A DNA stretch of 64,000 nucleotides, from assembly GCF_006345805.1 (NCBI RefSeq), contig NC_043010.1, forward strand, positions 31,682,001 to 31,746,000. The letters run 5' to 3'. Below, piece by piece: positions 12,188 to 26,625 of the stretch. The position numbers and the translations under genes are program-made. This DNA is from Octopus sinensis. Taxonomy: Eukaryota. The stretch's first letter is position 1, and each line of letters opens with the position of its first letter. Under the pieces are notes generated by a model. It was not told where the DNA came from and searched no databases. It worked only from the letters and a program-made list of their open reading frames with translations.

Positions 12188-12940
12188 TGTATGTATGTAT
12201 GTATGTATGTATGTATGTATGTATGTATGTATGTATGCATGTATGTATGTATGTATGTATGTATGCATATATGTATGTATGTATGCATACATGTATGTGT
12301 GTATGCATGTATGCATATATGTATGTGTGCATGTATGTATGTATGTCTATATATCTATAATATAAATTGGACATGGGCGACCGTTGTATTCTTTCTTGTC
12401 GTGAGGTTCACAACCAAACGGCTGGGTGGATTCGCGTGAAAAATGGCACACATGTGGAGACGAGAGCATACACTGGAATGTGATTTGTATTTTATCCTAG
12501 TCCCCATACTTACCAAGAAAATCGATTAAAACTTTTTCTAATGAAATTCCCCTGTTTATTCCGCCATTAAACAACCAGTTGCTCATACAGCCGGCACATG
12601 CTATTTTGATAGCAACAAGTGGAGTACAGGATGACAGTCAGCGAAAATTTTCGCTATGCTGTCTCTCTTTTTTCACTTCTTTCTGGGATTACTAATCTTA
12701 ATCTTTAGTTACAGTTTCTCATTCAAACTACATAATAGGCAGTATTGTCGGATTAAGACACTAGGGTGTTTTGAGGGAGATTTGGCTGCTATTTCTACCA
12801 GGTCTAGCTACCAGGTAGACGTCTGAACTTAATTTTCATTTGCATATTTGCATTTCAAAAATTTAACATAATCTTTTCCATAAATCAACAATCGTAAACA
12901 CATACACACACGCAAGCACGCAAGCACGCACGCACGCGCG

Positions 12941-12977
<37 letters not shown>

Positions 12978-13383
12978 CACACACACACACACACACACAG
13001 ACATCCATTTCATATATCTTCTTTCAATTTTTGCTCTCTGCAAATAAAATTTTTACGGATACAACTGCTTACAAAAATAGGAATTAATGTATTTATTTAT
13101 TTTTATTTGCATGATTAAATCAGTGTTTTAATGATTACATAGAGGTCCAATAGAATAGCTCTCAGAAACAGCCTACATACAAATTCCTTCTTCACAACTT
13201 CTGAAGCTGTTTTCTGACAAGTGGGGCGGCGTTCAGGAAATTTTCATACAGCTGGAGGCTCCAGTCGAAACAGGGGACCCGAAATGATAAGGTTGAGAAA
13301 CGCTCTTATAGATTATGCTTAACCGAAAACGATCACAGCCACATCATCCAAACGGACCGGGTGAAATCGGGCTTAGCTGCTAG

Positions 13384-13432
<49 letters not shown>

Positions 13433-13484
13433 ATATTGGATATATATATTGTATGTATGTATGCCTATATATATAGACATACAT

Positions 13485-13531
<47 letters not shown>

Positions 13532-14269
13532 GTGTGTGTGTATTATGTATGTGTGTATGTCTAAATATATTGATGAATGAATAAATGAAGGAAGAAAGGA
13601 AGGAAGGGAGGGAGGGAGGGGAGGGAGGCAGGAAGGAAAGAAGGAAGGAAGGAAGGAAGTGTACATCGATGGGATTTAAATTCAGAACGTAAATATTAGT
13701 TAAAGTACATTTGGAATATAAAATGACTTGTTCCACAGACATTGCTGTGACAGAATACATCTGACTCTGAGGCACATTAGTGTAGCTCGGAGTTGCGTAA
13801 CATTATTTATAGGAGAATCAAATTTCTCAAGAAGAAATAAAGATTATAAGTTTTGTCGTCCATACTATCCAAGGCTTTTGCAACTATAGAAGCAAGTGGT
13901 TAAGAAGCGTAGGAGTTATGCCGTGTAAGATCCAAAACTCTAGCTCGAAAAAGCGTATAAGTTTCATTTTCCAACAGATGTTGGCGTAGGAAATAATCTT
14001 ATGAAGGTATCTCTTACCCACTGTTTTTACGATTTTGTTTAGTTACAGTTGTCAAGAAATAAATTTCACTGTAATAGTGCAGTCCCCGTAAAAAGTCGTC
14101 TAAAGTTTCGGCAGATTGATGACGTCAAGTAACACGTTGATGAACGGCAAGCATTTCATTTTTCGTTTTAGTCTGTAGCATCCACAAAGCATTCACATGC
14201 AGTCACCGGCGCGTATTTCATGAAGTATCACTGTTTGTTTGGTTCTCTTCCACGGTACGGGACAATGAA

Positions 14270-15700
14270 ATTCTGAAATTAAATTTTCCAAAGTATCACA
14301 AATATTACCTATGTTTAACAAATGCTTTATAAAATTATCTTACTCTACCACGCCTAATTTGAGATCTATTATTGCATCCATACATAGAAGTAAACTCCAA
14401 CTTCAAACGACTAAAAACTTAAATCATCATATTTTACCTCATATAAGTTTGAATAATACAAATAAACCAAAAAAAAAAAAGCAATTCTATTTAAATCTAA
14501 ACGTAATCAATCTCAACTAAACGTAGGTCAACCAGACTCAACCTTAATAAATCTGAGTAAAACTATAGAAAGGAGTGCAAAAACATGTAATTGTCCCCAA
14601 ATCATGCCTGCTCACTGGATTTTGTTTACGTAAACATGTAGGAGTGGCTGTGTGGTAAGTAGCTTGTTTACCAATCACATGGTTCCGGGTTCAGTCCCAC
14701 TGCGTGGCATCTTGGGCAAGTGTCCTCTACTATAGCCTCGGGCCGACCAAAGCCTTGTGAGTGGATTTGGTAGACGGAAACTGAAAGAAGCCCGCCGTAT
14801 ATATGTATATATATATGTGTGTGTGTGTGTGCATGTTTGTGTGTCTGTGTTTGTCCCCCTAGCATCACTTGACAACCGATGCTGGTGTGTTTATGTCCCC
14901 CGTCACTTAGCGGTTCGGCAAAAGAGACCGATAGAATAAGTACTGGGCTTACAAAGAATAAGTCCCGGGGTCGATTTGCTCGACTAAAGGCGGTGCTCCA
15001 GCATGGCCACAGTCAACTGACTGAAACAAGTAAAAGAGTAAAAGAGTATGTGATTTATAAATGCTGCGTGGCAAGTGACACAATCAAGCAAGGGTATATA
15101 TAGGAAGTACCATAGTACAATACAGTTATGGGTAGATGTAGAACGTGCCTAAAAGAATCCTACACTATCCTTCGCCTATATAACCCTACTATACTAAATA
15201 AGTTTTCCGATGCTATTTATTGGTGTAATCACATATATTATTTTACTTGCATGAGATTTTATAAGTCCAAATGTACTAAATAATTAGCCTCAGTAATTTC
15301 ATTTGCACAACTTAATATCTTATTACCTATAACAATATATTGCCGAATATAAATTGTAATAAACTCTGTAAGCAACGTAGTTTTTACTCCCATCAGCCCT
15401 CACAAAGACCTCCATTATTTGCATACATATACCTGTTCTTCTATATAAGCTCGCGATTGCATCCCACGGTGACAATGCACTGAATGCATATCAACCGTGA
15501 ATATTACTTTTTTCTCTGACGAAGGAGACTTTTTCCGAAAATGGATTTCAAGATTCATTTTTTACCCAGAACCCCAGAAACGGCCGTCGGAATATTATCA
15601 TCTAAAATTGTAACCCTAAACCTTATTAGACGCCTGTTATTAACTTTTCACTATTTTTTCAAATCTTTTAGAAACGTTCCTAGCTATATTCTTACCTTAT
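14270..15700 (+). mobile_element. Decayed Penelope-like element 3' half (RT thumb, Cys motif, GIY-YIG, 3' tail), interrupted by a SINE
   Basis: NFPKYHKYY..FNKCFIKLSYSTTPNL; KTCNCP/KSCLLTGFCLRKHV|IYKCCV..YIGST joined across the SINE; HHR relic downstream at 15499-15596. Confidence 0.75.
14640..15047 (+). mobile_element. SINE family A, full-length reference copy
   Basis: A-box-like tggctgtgtggtaag, B-box-like ggttcagtcc, CORE-like cttgggcaagtgtc, internal (TA)/(TG), tail (gagtaaaa)n; ATGT duplication at 14636-14639 and 15048-15051. Confidence 0.9.
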
Positions 15701-15959
15701 AATATATCTTCACTGATTTCTACACTCATATATATATATATATATTATATATATATATATATATGATATTCCTATATTTTTCTATGTTCGATATATTAAT
15801 ATATGTTTTAATTTTGGACGAATTTTATCTTGACCAAATCCTCACACATATGTGTTGAAAGTGGTTTGCCTAATCTGAATTTTTTCCTTTTATCTTTATA
15901 CCTGTCTAACGTCTCAGGTTCGACTTGAGCACTTATAAGCAATCTATATATTTCGTAAG

Positions 15960-15967
15960 AAGAATAT

Positions 15968-16013
<46 letters not shown>

Positions 16014-16106
16014 TATATATATATAGATATATATTATATATATATATATATATATAGATATATGTATATATATATATATATATATTATATATAATATATA
16101 TACTAT

Positions 16107-16139
<33 letters not shown>

Positions 16140-16328
16140 TATATAATATATATATATATATATAATATATATATATATAAATATATATATTATATATATA
16201 TATATTATATATATATATATTAAATATATATAAATATATAAATATATATATATATATATTATATATATATATATAAATATATATATTATATATATATATA
16301 TATATATATTATATAAATATATATATAA

Positions 16329-16359
<31 letters not shown>

Positions 16360-16385
16360 AATATATATAATATATATATATATAT

Positions 16386-16450
<65 letters not shown>

Positions 16451-16451
16451 A

Positions 16452-16492
<41 letters not shown>

Positions 16493-16545
16493 ATATATAT
16501 ATATATCTATATATATATATATATTATATAATATATATATATATG
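15960..16545. repeat. Long degenerate (TA)n/(CA)n microsatellite
   Basis: Direct inspection. Confidence 0.95.
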
Positions 16546-17099
16546 TATATATACACACAATTATCCTACATACTTCTCTTGCTCCCATCTGAAGAGACGG
16601 TCATATCAAAGCCGAGCACATACAGACTTTTATCACGGAAATCACTTTGATGTCATTCTCTACATTGTGCACACGTCTAGGTCGACAGTAATGGCGGGCA
16701 TTAATCGTAACAGCTGCTTGGCTAATCTCTCTCATATTGTCTGTGGGATTAACTGCTGTAATTCTTGTTCGGCCCTGTGTGTGTATGTTTCAAAGCAGTA
16801 CATCGCCAAAACCTTCCAATACTACCACCCAAACCACCAGTCACTACCACTACCATCACCCACAATAATCATCAACTCCAACATTTAACAACTATACTGA
16901 CACCATCCCCAAAACTGCTCACACCACCACCACCACCACCACTTTGGCTACCCAATCAATACTATCATCTTCACCACCACCACCACCACCACCACCACCA
17001 TCACAACCAACAATGATAACTACAGCAACAATCACGATCACGTAAAGAAAATTAATGACAATTCTCGGCACCACCAAAATATTTGCGTTGCTAATTTGT

Positions 17100-17256
17100 G
17101 TGGAGCAGCAGCAACAGCAGCAGCAGCAGCAGCAATAGCAGCAACAGCAGCAGCAGCAACGGGAGCAGCAGCAGCAGTAGCAGCAGCAACAGTAGTAGTA
17201 TCAGCAACAGCAGCAGTAGCAACAGCAGCAGTAGCAACAGCAGTAGCTGCAGCAGT

Positions 17257-17328
<72 letters not shown>

Positions 17329-17391
17329 TGTTGTTGTTGTTGTTGTAGTAGTAGTAGTTGTTGTAGCAGCAGCAGCAGCAGCAGCAGTAGC

Positions 17392-17457
<66 letters not shown>

Positions 17458-17460
17458 TTT
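17100..17460. repeat. Compound trinucleotide array (CAG/CAA/TAG/TTG)n
   Basis: Direct inspection; source of the poly-S/L/A/V pseudo-ORFs. Confidence 0.95.
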
Positions 17461-18649
17461 GTTGTTGGTTTATTGTCTTTTGTTGCTGTTTCATCAATGT
17501 TTCTAGCATTGATGATACCGTTGCTTTTAATCCCGACACAATCTCGACGTCGCCTCAGACTACAGTATATCAATTCCTGATTGCCTCAGATGACCACAAT
17601 CACACTACATAACTCCGCTGCAATACGGGAGATTTTATTATACCATCACTGAATTGCTAGAAATAACAGTCAAGTCTCCCCACACATTCACACTCAAGTA
17701 TCTTAAAAAGGAAGAAGCTGTTGTTCAGTAATTCCTGATATATTGTAGGCCTTCAGTGACTAAAGACGAAGAAACCATTCAACAGTAAGAAATAATAGAA
17801 GAAGCTGCAGTAAGAAATAAGAAATAGTTGACTAACAGGGGATTCAACTAAACATCAGTTTTATTTTATCTGTTTGAAAGTTCAAACTAGAAAATAAACT
17901 GTTGTAAAAGAATAAATAAAAAACAAAATCAACTTGGACCGATATTGGCAATATATATTAGTGACTGGTAATGACAAATCGATATTTATCGATCCTTCTT
18001 TTTTTTAAGTGATAGAAAGTCGAGATGAACATTTCGGAACCATTCTCGATCAAAGCAATTTCATTTCATCTTAGCTGCTGTTGCTCAGGCAAGAAAGGCA
18101 TGAACGCCATATCTTCAAATTACTCTTCTCCATCGAACCAATGATAGATGCCATACGATGTCACTCGTCTTTATAGCCATAGCAATAAAATCTCCATCAA
18201 ATCACACCCTACCATCTTAAAAAGGAAATAATATATTGGGATAATATCGACTTAAGTTTGAGAGATGGAATAGTCATGGCTGGAACGACTTTGATCATAT
18301 TTCAGTTCGATCATAGCTTACCTAGGGTTAAACAAAAATAACAGCAAAAACAAAAGACTCGTCCCTAAAATATTGTTATCAAGGTTAAGCAAGTAATTAT
18401 GCCTTTGGATTAGGTTGAAATGATCAGCGCCTCACACTTGCCATATCTAATAAAATAATTTCGTGACAGGGATTTAAATAAAACCAAAAAAACTCGTGGT
18501 CAATGATATGAAATGGCTAAAGATGAAATAATTTAACTTAATTCAAGATGAATTTTGTTTTCGCATGCTTACCAGGATGAATAAACTCAACACAATTTTC
18601 GGAGTCGATTACTATAAGCTTCTATAAAATGCAGGGAATTATGTTAGAA

Positions 18650-18702
<53 letters not shown>

Positions 18703-18999
18703 CATCATCATCATCATCATCTTCTTCTTCTTCATCAAAATTGCTGGCTTTGTGTCTAAATTAGAATTTAGTATAAGCTGTATTCAACAAATGAATAAAG
18801 TATTGAACAAAATATATTGATCAATTTTCTCTGAAATCGTAATGTTTTGCGTTCAAGCCATTGCCATCTCATCTCTTTTGGAGAATATGATTTAAGGAGG
18901 TTTGACAGATATTTCTAGCATGTTGAGCGACTACATAATAGACTCCTTGTTGGTTGATTGATATTGATGCTATAGTTGGTACTAGAGTCATAGTTGTTG

Positions 19000-19960
19000 T
19001 TGTTGTTGGTGGTGGTGATGGTGTTGTTACTATTGTTTGTTTTACATCAACTATGATCAATGGACTTAAGATCAAGGGCATTCTAGGCATGACCACCCCG
19101 TTTGATTTTAAAGTACAGTGCACCCACGACCATATTATTTAAATAGTCCGTGGCAGAACCATCTTAGAGATTTAGGATGACACAAAATCTGTTGTATTCA
19201 TTTTAGTTTCTTGAAGTGCCAAAATGATTATCAACTGAAGTTGACTTGAGTAAAATTTGTTAATACACCGTCACATCTAAATTTTATCAAATGCTGTGTT
19301 GCCTTATTTCAAAGAACCTCTTCAAGCCATCCTCATCGTATTGAAGGAATTCGTGTTAACGCTGTTAAGATGCGATCACTGGCATGTCAAGAAACAAATC
19401 ACAGCAAAGTTTTTACAACTATGGAAACAAACCGCCATCAAACAATGACAAAAGAGTTTTGAGTCTTTGACAAATTAACGTTATTTCTATCTTTTGTTTG
19501 TTTTCTATACAGGCTAAAATCAAATAATGTATAAATCAATGTCGGACTGATTCTTAAAATATAATCCAAGTTTGGAATCAGCAGATAAATTTTAAGAATA
19601 AAACATCTTAAAAAGTTCCATGCCACGGTGATAAAAAGATTATGCATATTTGTCGGGATAATTTGTCGGAACATAAGGATCGGTTCTACTAAATGGTCAT
19701 GGAAAACAAATTTACATTTGATATTATTCGGATATTATATAGTTCTTTCATAAATTCTTCAACAGAGTTCAATATCTCAACTGGATCACCACAAATACAA
19801 GCGTTGACTCACTTCATGGCTAAAGTGTGGGATCTAGCGAATCTTCCCTGTTGAATTTCAGATTCAGAAGATATCTGACCGAGACTGAGCAACAAATGAA
19901 ATGGCAATGAATGACAATCCGACACGAACGGATATACATCTAGGAGACATTCTTTGATAA
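19000..19960 (-). mobile_element. Very decayed LINE fragments (APE endonuclease motif, possible RT tail)
   Basis: IIILALQETK on the minus strand at ~19200-19230; weak RT-end resemblance at 19440-19960. Confidence 0.4.
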
Positions 19961-20849
19961 CACTGAGCAATTTTTGCTATGTGGTTTGAGTAGGTTGATA
20001 TTTCTATATGTCCAGCAGATCAAGGAACCGCATAGAGACTCTTTCGTTGGTTCACAGTTGAGGTTGTTGCAAATGATCTCATGGATAGTGTGGGCTTGGG
20101 TAGAAGTTGTGATTGTGCTGTTGATGATATTAAGGGAAGTGGATCTTAGTGTAGATGTTAATAGTGGTTAGTGTTGTTTCTTGTTCTATTATTGTTATTG
20201 TTATTGTTTTCGTTTGCAGTGATACCAGAGTCTTTACGATTATGAATGAAGTAGTAGTAATAGTAGTAGCAGTAGTGATTGTAGTTGTTGCTGATGTTAT
20301 TTCTAGTTGTACTAGTACTAATAATGATGGGTGTGGATAAGTGGCGGTATATATCTTGTTGCAGTTGTTGTTGTTGTTGTTGTGGTGGTGGTGGGGCTAT
20401 TCCCGTGTTTGTTTACCAGATTCACTGACAGCAGACGACAGAACATTTACAAGGCGCCATTACTAGATAAATAAATACATGTATTAAAATAAAACAGGAT
20501 GAAAACATTTACAAGAACCTGGAGGGGTCATGGAAAAGAGGGGAGTGAGACAAGAGAGGGACAGAAAGAGAGAAAAAGAGAGGGAAAGATGGAGAGAAAA
20601 GGAAAGAAAGAGATAGATTGAAAAACAGAAATGAAGGAAAAACAAAAGGTATAATGAAGGAGAGAAAAACGAAAAGGCTGAAAGAAAATAGACGTAAAAG
20701 TGAAAGAACATGAGTTTGTGTGTGTGCGAGTGTGTGTGGTGGAAAGTGAGTGTATACACACATACATACACTACAATCTCGTTCACTCTATTTCATTCCT
20801 TTTCTCTTTCTCTGTATATGTGTGTGTGTTTTTGAGAGAGAGAGAGAAA

Positions 20850-20889
<40 letters not shown>

Positions 20890-21311
20890 GAGAGAGATAG
20901 AGGCAAATAAAAAATTTAAAGGGAAGGGAGGAAAAACGATGATGAAGGTAAAAATAGCAAAGATAAAGAATTAAATAGAAAGAATGAAAGACGAAAAGGA
21001 AAGCGGGTGGGAAAGCGGGTGGGAAAGCGGGTGGGAAAGAGGGTGGGAGAGATGAAGGGAGAGTGAAGGGAGAGACAGATAGGGGAGAGACACACAGACG
21101 GAGACCTAGAAGGAGAAAAGTGGCATCGTCTCCTAAAGTTTACAGAAGATCTCCAAGTAGGCGAACAAAAAGAGATACAAGCTACGATGGACGCCATTAT
21201 ATATGACCGAACAAATAAATAGAGACAAGTCTAACAAACAAATTTGTTACAGGTACCTACATCTTGTGGCGGTGTGGCGGCTTATTTCATGTTTACACTG
21301 CGATAACTGCA

Positions 21312-21364
<53 letters not shown>

Positions 21365-21378
21365 TATATGTGTGTGTA

Positions 21379-21459
<81 letters not shown>

Positions 21460-21969
21460 CATATATATATTATATATACATATATATATATACATATATA
21501 CATATATATATACATATATATATAATATATATATATATATACATATATACATAAATATATACATATATATATATACATATATATATACATAAATATATAT
21601 ATATATATACATACATATATATATGTCTTTCTCTCTCTCTCTCTCTCTTTATATATATATATATTATATATATATATATATATGTAAATACTTAAACACA
21701 CACACACACATGTATATATGCTCACATTCACACATACAAACATACGTATCTGCGCACAGTTGTACATATCACATAGCCAACTATAAATAAAATCGGCATT
21801 AGAATACCGATAAACAAATATACGCGTATATTTTATCTGCATATATATTCACCAATTAGAAGTATATACATAAACACAAAGCCATTAATACAGTTTCTCT
21901 ATATTAATGCTTATGGTTGCATAAGAATTATCAGCATGTATATTATCCACTCCGTAACTTAACTACCTT

Positions 21970-22025
<56 letters not shown>

Positions 22026-22110
22026 CGTGTGTGTGTGTTTATGTTTGTGTGTGGGGCGTATGTGTATATCTATATCTGTATGGGTGTATAGATGTAAATG
22101 AGTACACACA

Positions 22111-22217
<107 letters not shown>

Positions 22218-22727
22218 ACGCACACATTTTATGCATTTCCGTCATTGTATTGCGACCATGTTAAAGCTTTGCCTTGAAGGGCAAAGTCGGTCAAAAACCA
22301 CTTCACTTCTTAAAATATTTGCCGAACCCGCAAGTCTACGAGGACGTAAACAAACCAACGCTGTCTGTCCCGCAATGATAAAAGCAAACACAAACACAAA
22401 CCCATGCACACATGTATTCGTCTACCAAATTCACTCACAAGGCATTGGTCTGCCCGAGGTATAGTTGAAAATACTTGCCCACGATACTGCGACGTGTGTA
22501 CGCGCGCGCGCGTGACTGTGTGCAAATGCGCTTGTGTGTTTGAATACGTATATATCTTTACACACACACACGTACGAGTATATATATATATATAATTATA
22601 AATCAAACGTATGTATGTATATATGTGTGTGTATGTATATGTATGTATACATACATATATACATATCTATAGATAGATATACATATATATATTTATACAT
22701 GCAATCACACACACACACACATTCATA

Positions 22728-24480
22728 CAGTGGCGGAGTGGGTCTAAAAATATTGGTTGCCTGGAGACAAAGGGGGCCACTCCCAACTACAATACTATCG
22801 TTTAATATTTATAACAAACAATGTATCCCGGCGTTGCCCGTTTATTATGACTACAGCCACGTTGTATTATTTCTTCGTTTTAAAATAATTTACTTGTACT
22901 GCACACTTTACACACTGATAGTTCAAAAGTACAACAGTGTATTACATGCAGTCCACTATATTAAGAGCAAGCATTTGAGTTCATTAGACGATTGTGCGAA
23001 TCTGACAATAATTGCCTCTGCATCCAATTCATCCATCCATTCCTTTTTAATGGATAGCAACATGTATGATTCCAAGTTCTCCTCAGTTAGCGAATTTCTT
23101 AACCTTGTCTTTATACTTATTAGCATTGAAAATATCCTCCACCTTTCGACTTGGTTAACTGAGAGTATGCAAGTGTCTTTATACAGTTCATGAAGATTAT
23201 CATATGCCTTGCCGTGAAGTTTGTTGGATGCCAGAATTTTCAGTACACACGATGAGCAAGTGCTGCAAATTTTACAGATGTTGCAACTGGAACCCATATT
23301 CTCACCATCATTAAGTAATAGCTTTAATGCATCAAAGTTTGAAGCAGAAGAAAATTCCAGTTATTCTTGATCTTTGCCGATTTATGGAAACAACTTAATA
23401 ATATACTTTTCAATTCTTTAACCTCATGGACCTTCTCTGCAATAGGGTACAAGTAGGATAAATCTTTATACAATTGCTTGTGTTGCACAAAATTTGATTC
23501 TAGTGACTGGACAATGCGATTCATTATTTGGTTAAACATATTTACTCGAAAATCTGCTAAGAGAATCTGAGGAATTTTCTTCAACATTAACAAGCTTATC
23601 AACCAATTTTTTCTTCTTCCTCTGTCTCTTAACTGGTAACGCTGTTTCCAAAACATCAATTTCCAATGTTTTATTTTCATCCATATTCATCTACGAAATC
23701 TTGTCATTACATTTATTTTCAAATTCCAAAACCTTGCCATGAACGCTATCAAATGTTCTAGTCTGTTCCTTCAACTTTGATGTAGCTGATTCTACAAAAC
23801 TCCATGCCGTAAACATATGTAAACCACTTGTCTGTAGATAACTTGACAACGGGGCTGTAGTTTCAAATATATACAAGTAAGTAAATACTGTCAATATGGT
23901 TTCAAACTTTAGGGGGCTTTGAAGTAAAACATTTGCTTTATGTTTTGTTTTTGTATAAAACTTGTTTGATTGTTGTATCATTGATAAGCACGTCAATAAA
24001 TTTACAAAAGCGAAGTCAGCTGGTCTCACCAATTAGCTGTAATCGTTTCATCTTTTCTTGTTCTAGATGTTTTCCAACAACTTCTATCCATACACTATGA
24101 TGCTTTCACAAAAGTTGCTAAATTTTGGAGTAAACTGGAAAAAGAAGCTGCTGGTACACAACATTTTGTTGTTTCAGTTATCACCAAATTCAAGACATGG
24201 CATAACACCATGTATGAACATGTTGATCTGTCATATCAGCAATTTTTCTTTGTAAAATTTTTCTTTATATTGTTCATGAATGGTTTAATTACATGAGGAA
24301 ATATCCTTAATAAGGCAGAAACCTCGGATGAGCTTTAAAAAAAGCTACTTCATAATTTATGTAGTTAATTTTTTTTTCCAATTAGTTGACATTCTTATAT
24401 AAGTGGAAATTTTTATATATGCAATGCACTGTAAAATATAATAGAACTTCCTATTATATTTTCATGCTATCAAAATGTCA
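22728..24480 (-). mobile_element. hAT transposase relic (ZMYM1/Tip100-like)
   Basis: C-terminal dimerisation motif ERWRIFSMLISIKTRLRNSLTEENLESYMLLSI; FETILTVFTYLYIFETTAPLSSYLQT; terminus cagtggcgga at 22728. Confidence 0.8.
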
Positions 24481-24741
24481 TTGACTTTTTTAGCATATTG
24501 TCTAATACAGCGGCTCTCAACTTTATTTCTATCAACGGACCTCTTTAATTCCTATTCATCGTCATTCGATGCTTAAAAAATCCAACTGTATTTTTACAAT
24601 TAAATACCAAGTCGTTACCCATCGAACAAATGTCAATATCTTTTTTGAAGTCATTATTGTGTTTTCTATATGTTGAATCAAAACTATACATACATACATG
24701 CATGCATACATACATACATACATACATACATACATACATAC

Positions 24742-24801
<60 letters not shown>

Positions 24802-25559
24802 CTTGTTGTTTATACACATGTCTTCGTCTTTTGTTTTTCTGTAAAATTCAACTATATATTGTACGCTCACGTTGTCTCACCAGTTTTATCCTGCTTTAAC
24901 CTCCTACACTTTGGGCGCTTGAACTTTCTTAACTTCTCCTCATCTACATACCAGCACTCCACCCGGTTTATCACTGGATATACTTATGAATTTCACTGGA
25001 CTCTTCCGTTGATGAAAAATCGCTCAAATACACCACGAAGTTCGAACCTTTTTGAACTTTGTTTTTTTTTCTCACTCGGTACGTTGTTACCTCTCTTTCT
25101 CCTTTTCTTTTCCTTTTCGTCTTCTCTTCTTCTTTTCTTGTCCTTTTCCCTCTTTTTTCTTCTTTCTCTTCTTTTTTCTCTCTTTTTTCTTCTCCTCGCG
25201 CTTTTTGAATTTTCTTCTCACGCCTTTTGAATTTTTTGAACTTTTATACTAGGTATATCGTTACTTTGCCTTTCACTCTTCTGTTTTTATTTCTCTCTTT
25301 CAAGCATGCCCGACTACAAATCTTTCCTCCTCCACCTTCACTAACTCCTCATCCCCAAAAGTTTCCGCCCCCACTTTTCCCCCACTCACCACCTTGCTTC
25401 TGCCATCCTACCTATACTCCGTACTATTTCCTACCGCCTTATGCATGCCACCATTCGTAGCATACCCTCGACCACCTTCGACCTCTCACTTATTCCATCT
25501 TTTTCTCCTCTCTTTCACCTTCCTATGCACATTCCACTCTATGCTTCATAATCCATTTA

Positions 25560-25798
25560 AATCATCTTTTCCACGAGACCAAAAATTATTTACATCAAAA
25601 TGGTGCTTTTTTTCTATGAATATCCCTATTTTTACGATTTTTTTTATTGCTGTGTCGCCATTTTTCGGTGTATTTCAACCAGAAAAATGTTCACTTAAAG
25701 GAAATAACAAGCTACATAATGCAAAAGTTTTACTTTTCAAAAATTCGAATTCTTAAGGGTCGAAACAAACTCAAGCAATGCCGGGCGATACTGCTAGT
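25560..25798 (+). mobile_element. Non-autonomous Helitron-like 3' end
   Basis: gcaatgccgggcgatactgCTAG-t terminus at 25775-25798. Confidence 0.5.
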
Positions 25799-25871
25799 AC
25801 TACGATAAAAATATTTTCGTGTTAATTCAAATAACGTTGGAAAGAAACGAACGAATTCGTCTGCACACACG

Positions 25872-25904
<33 letters not shown>

Positions 25905-25959
25905 ACACACACACACACACTCACACACACACAAATAGACACATACATGCATTCATCAA

Positions 25960-26228
25960 TGCATGCCTGCATACACACCACATACATACATACATACATA
26001 CATGCATACATACATACATACATACACACATACATACATACATACACACACACATACATACATACATACATGCATACATAGATTCATCTATGCATGCCTG
26101 CATACATACATACATACATACATACAAACATACATTCGAACATACATACATACATGCTTACATTACACACATGCATACATGCCATACATACATACATACA
26201 TACATACATACATACATACATACATACA

Positions 26229-26259
<31 letters not shown>

Positions 26260-26625
26260 CATGCATACATATATACATACATACGTACATGCATACATAC
26301 ATACATACACACACACACATACATACATACATACATACATACATACATACATACATTCATTCATCAATGCATGCCTGCATACATACATACATACATACAT
26401 ACATACATACATACATACAAACATATATACGAACATACATACATACATACACACATGCATGCATGCAACATACATACATACATACATACATACATACATA
26501 CATACATTCATTCATCAATGCATGCATGCATACATACATGCATACACACATACACACACATACATACATACATACATACATACATACATACATACATACA
26601 TACATACATACATACATACATACTT
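25960..26625. repeat. (TACA)n compound microsatellite with internal block duplications
   Basis: Direct inspection; recurring ttcatcaatgcatgcctgcatac blocks. Confidence 0.9.

Noticed and set aside
15933-16487. Long IY/YI, MYVC and HTYI ORFs throughout the window (e.g. also 25963-26889, 21282-21842)
   Set aside because: Translations of (TA)n, (TATG)n and (CA)n microsatellites, which lack stops in some frames.
17091-17580. Poly-Ser/Leu/Ala/Gln ORFs
   Set aside because: Trinucleotide array open in several frames on both strands; no splice or domain evidence.
21070-21200. Possible host exon (DLEGEKWHRLLKFTEDLQ...)
   Set aside because: No recognisable domain or convincing splice sites.
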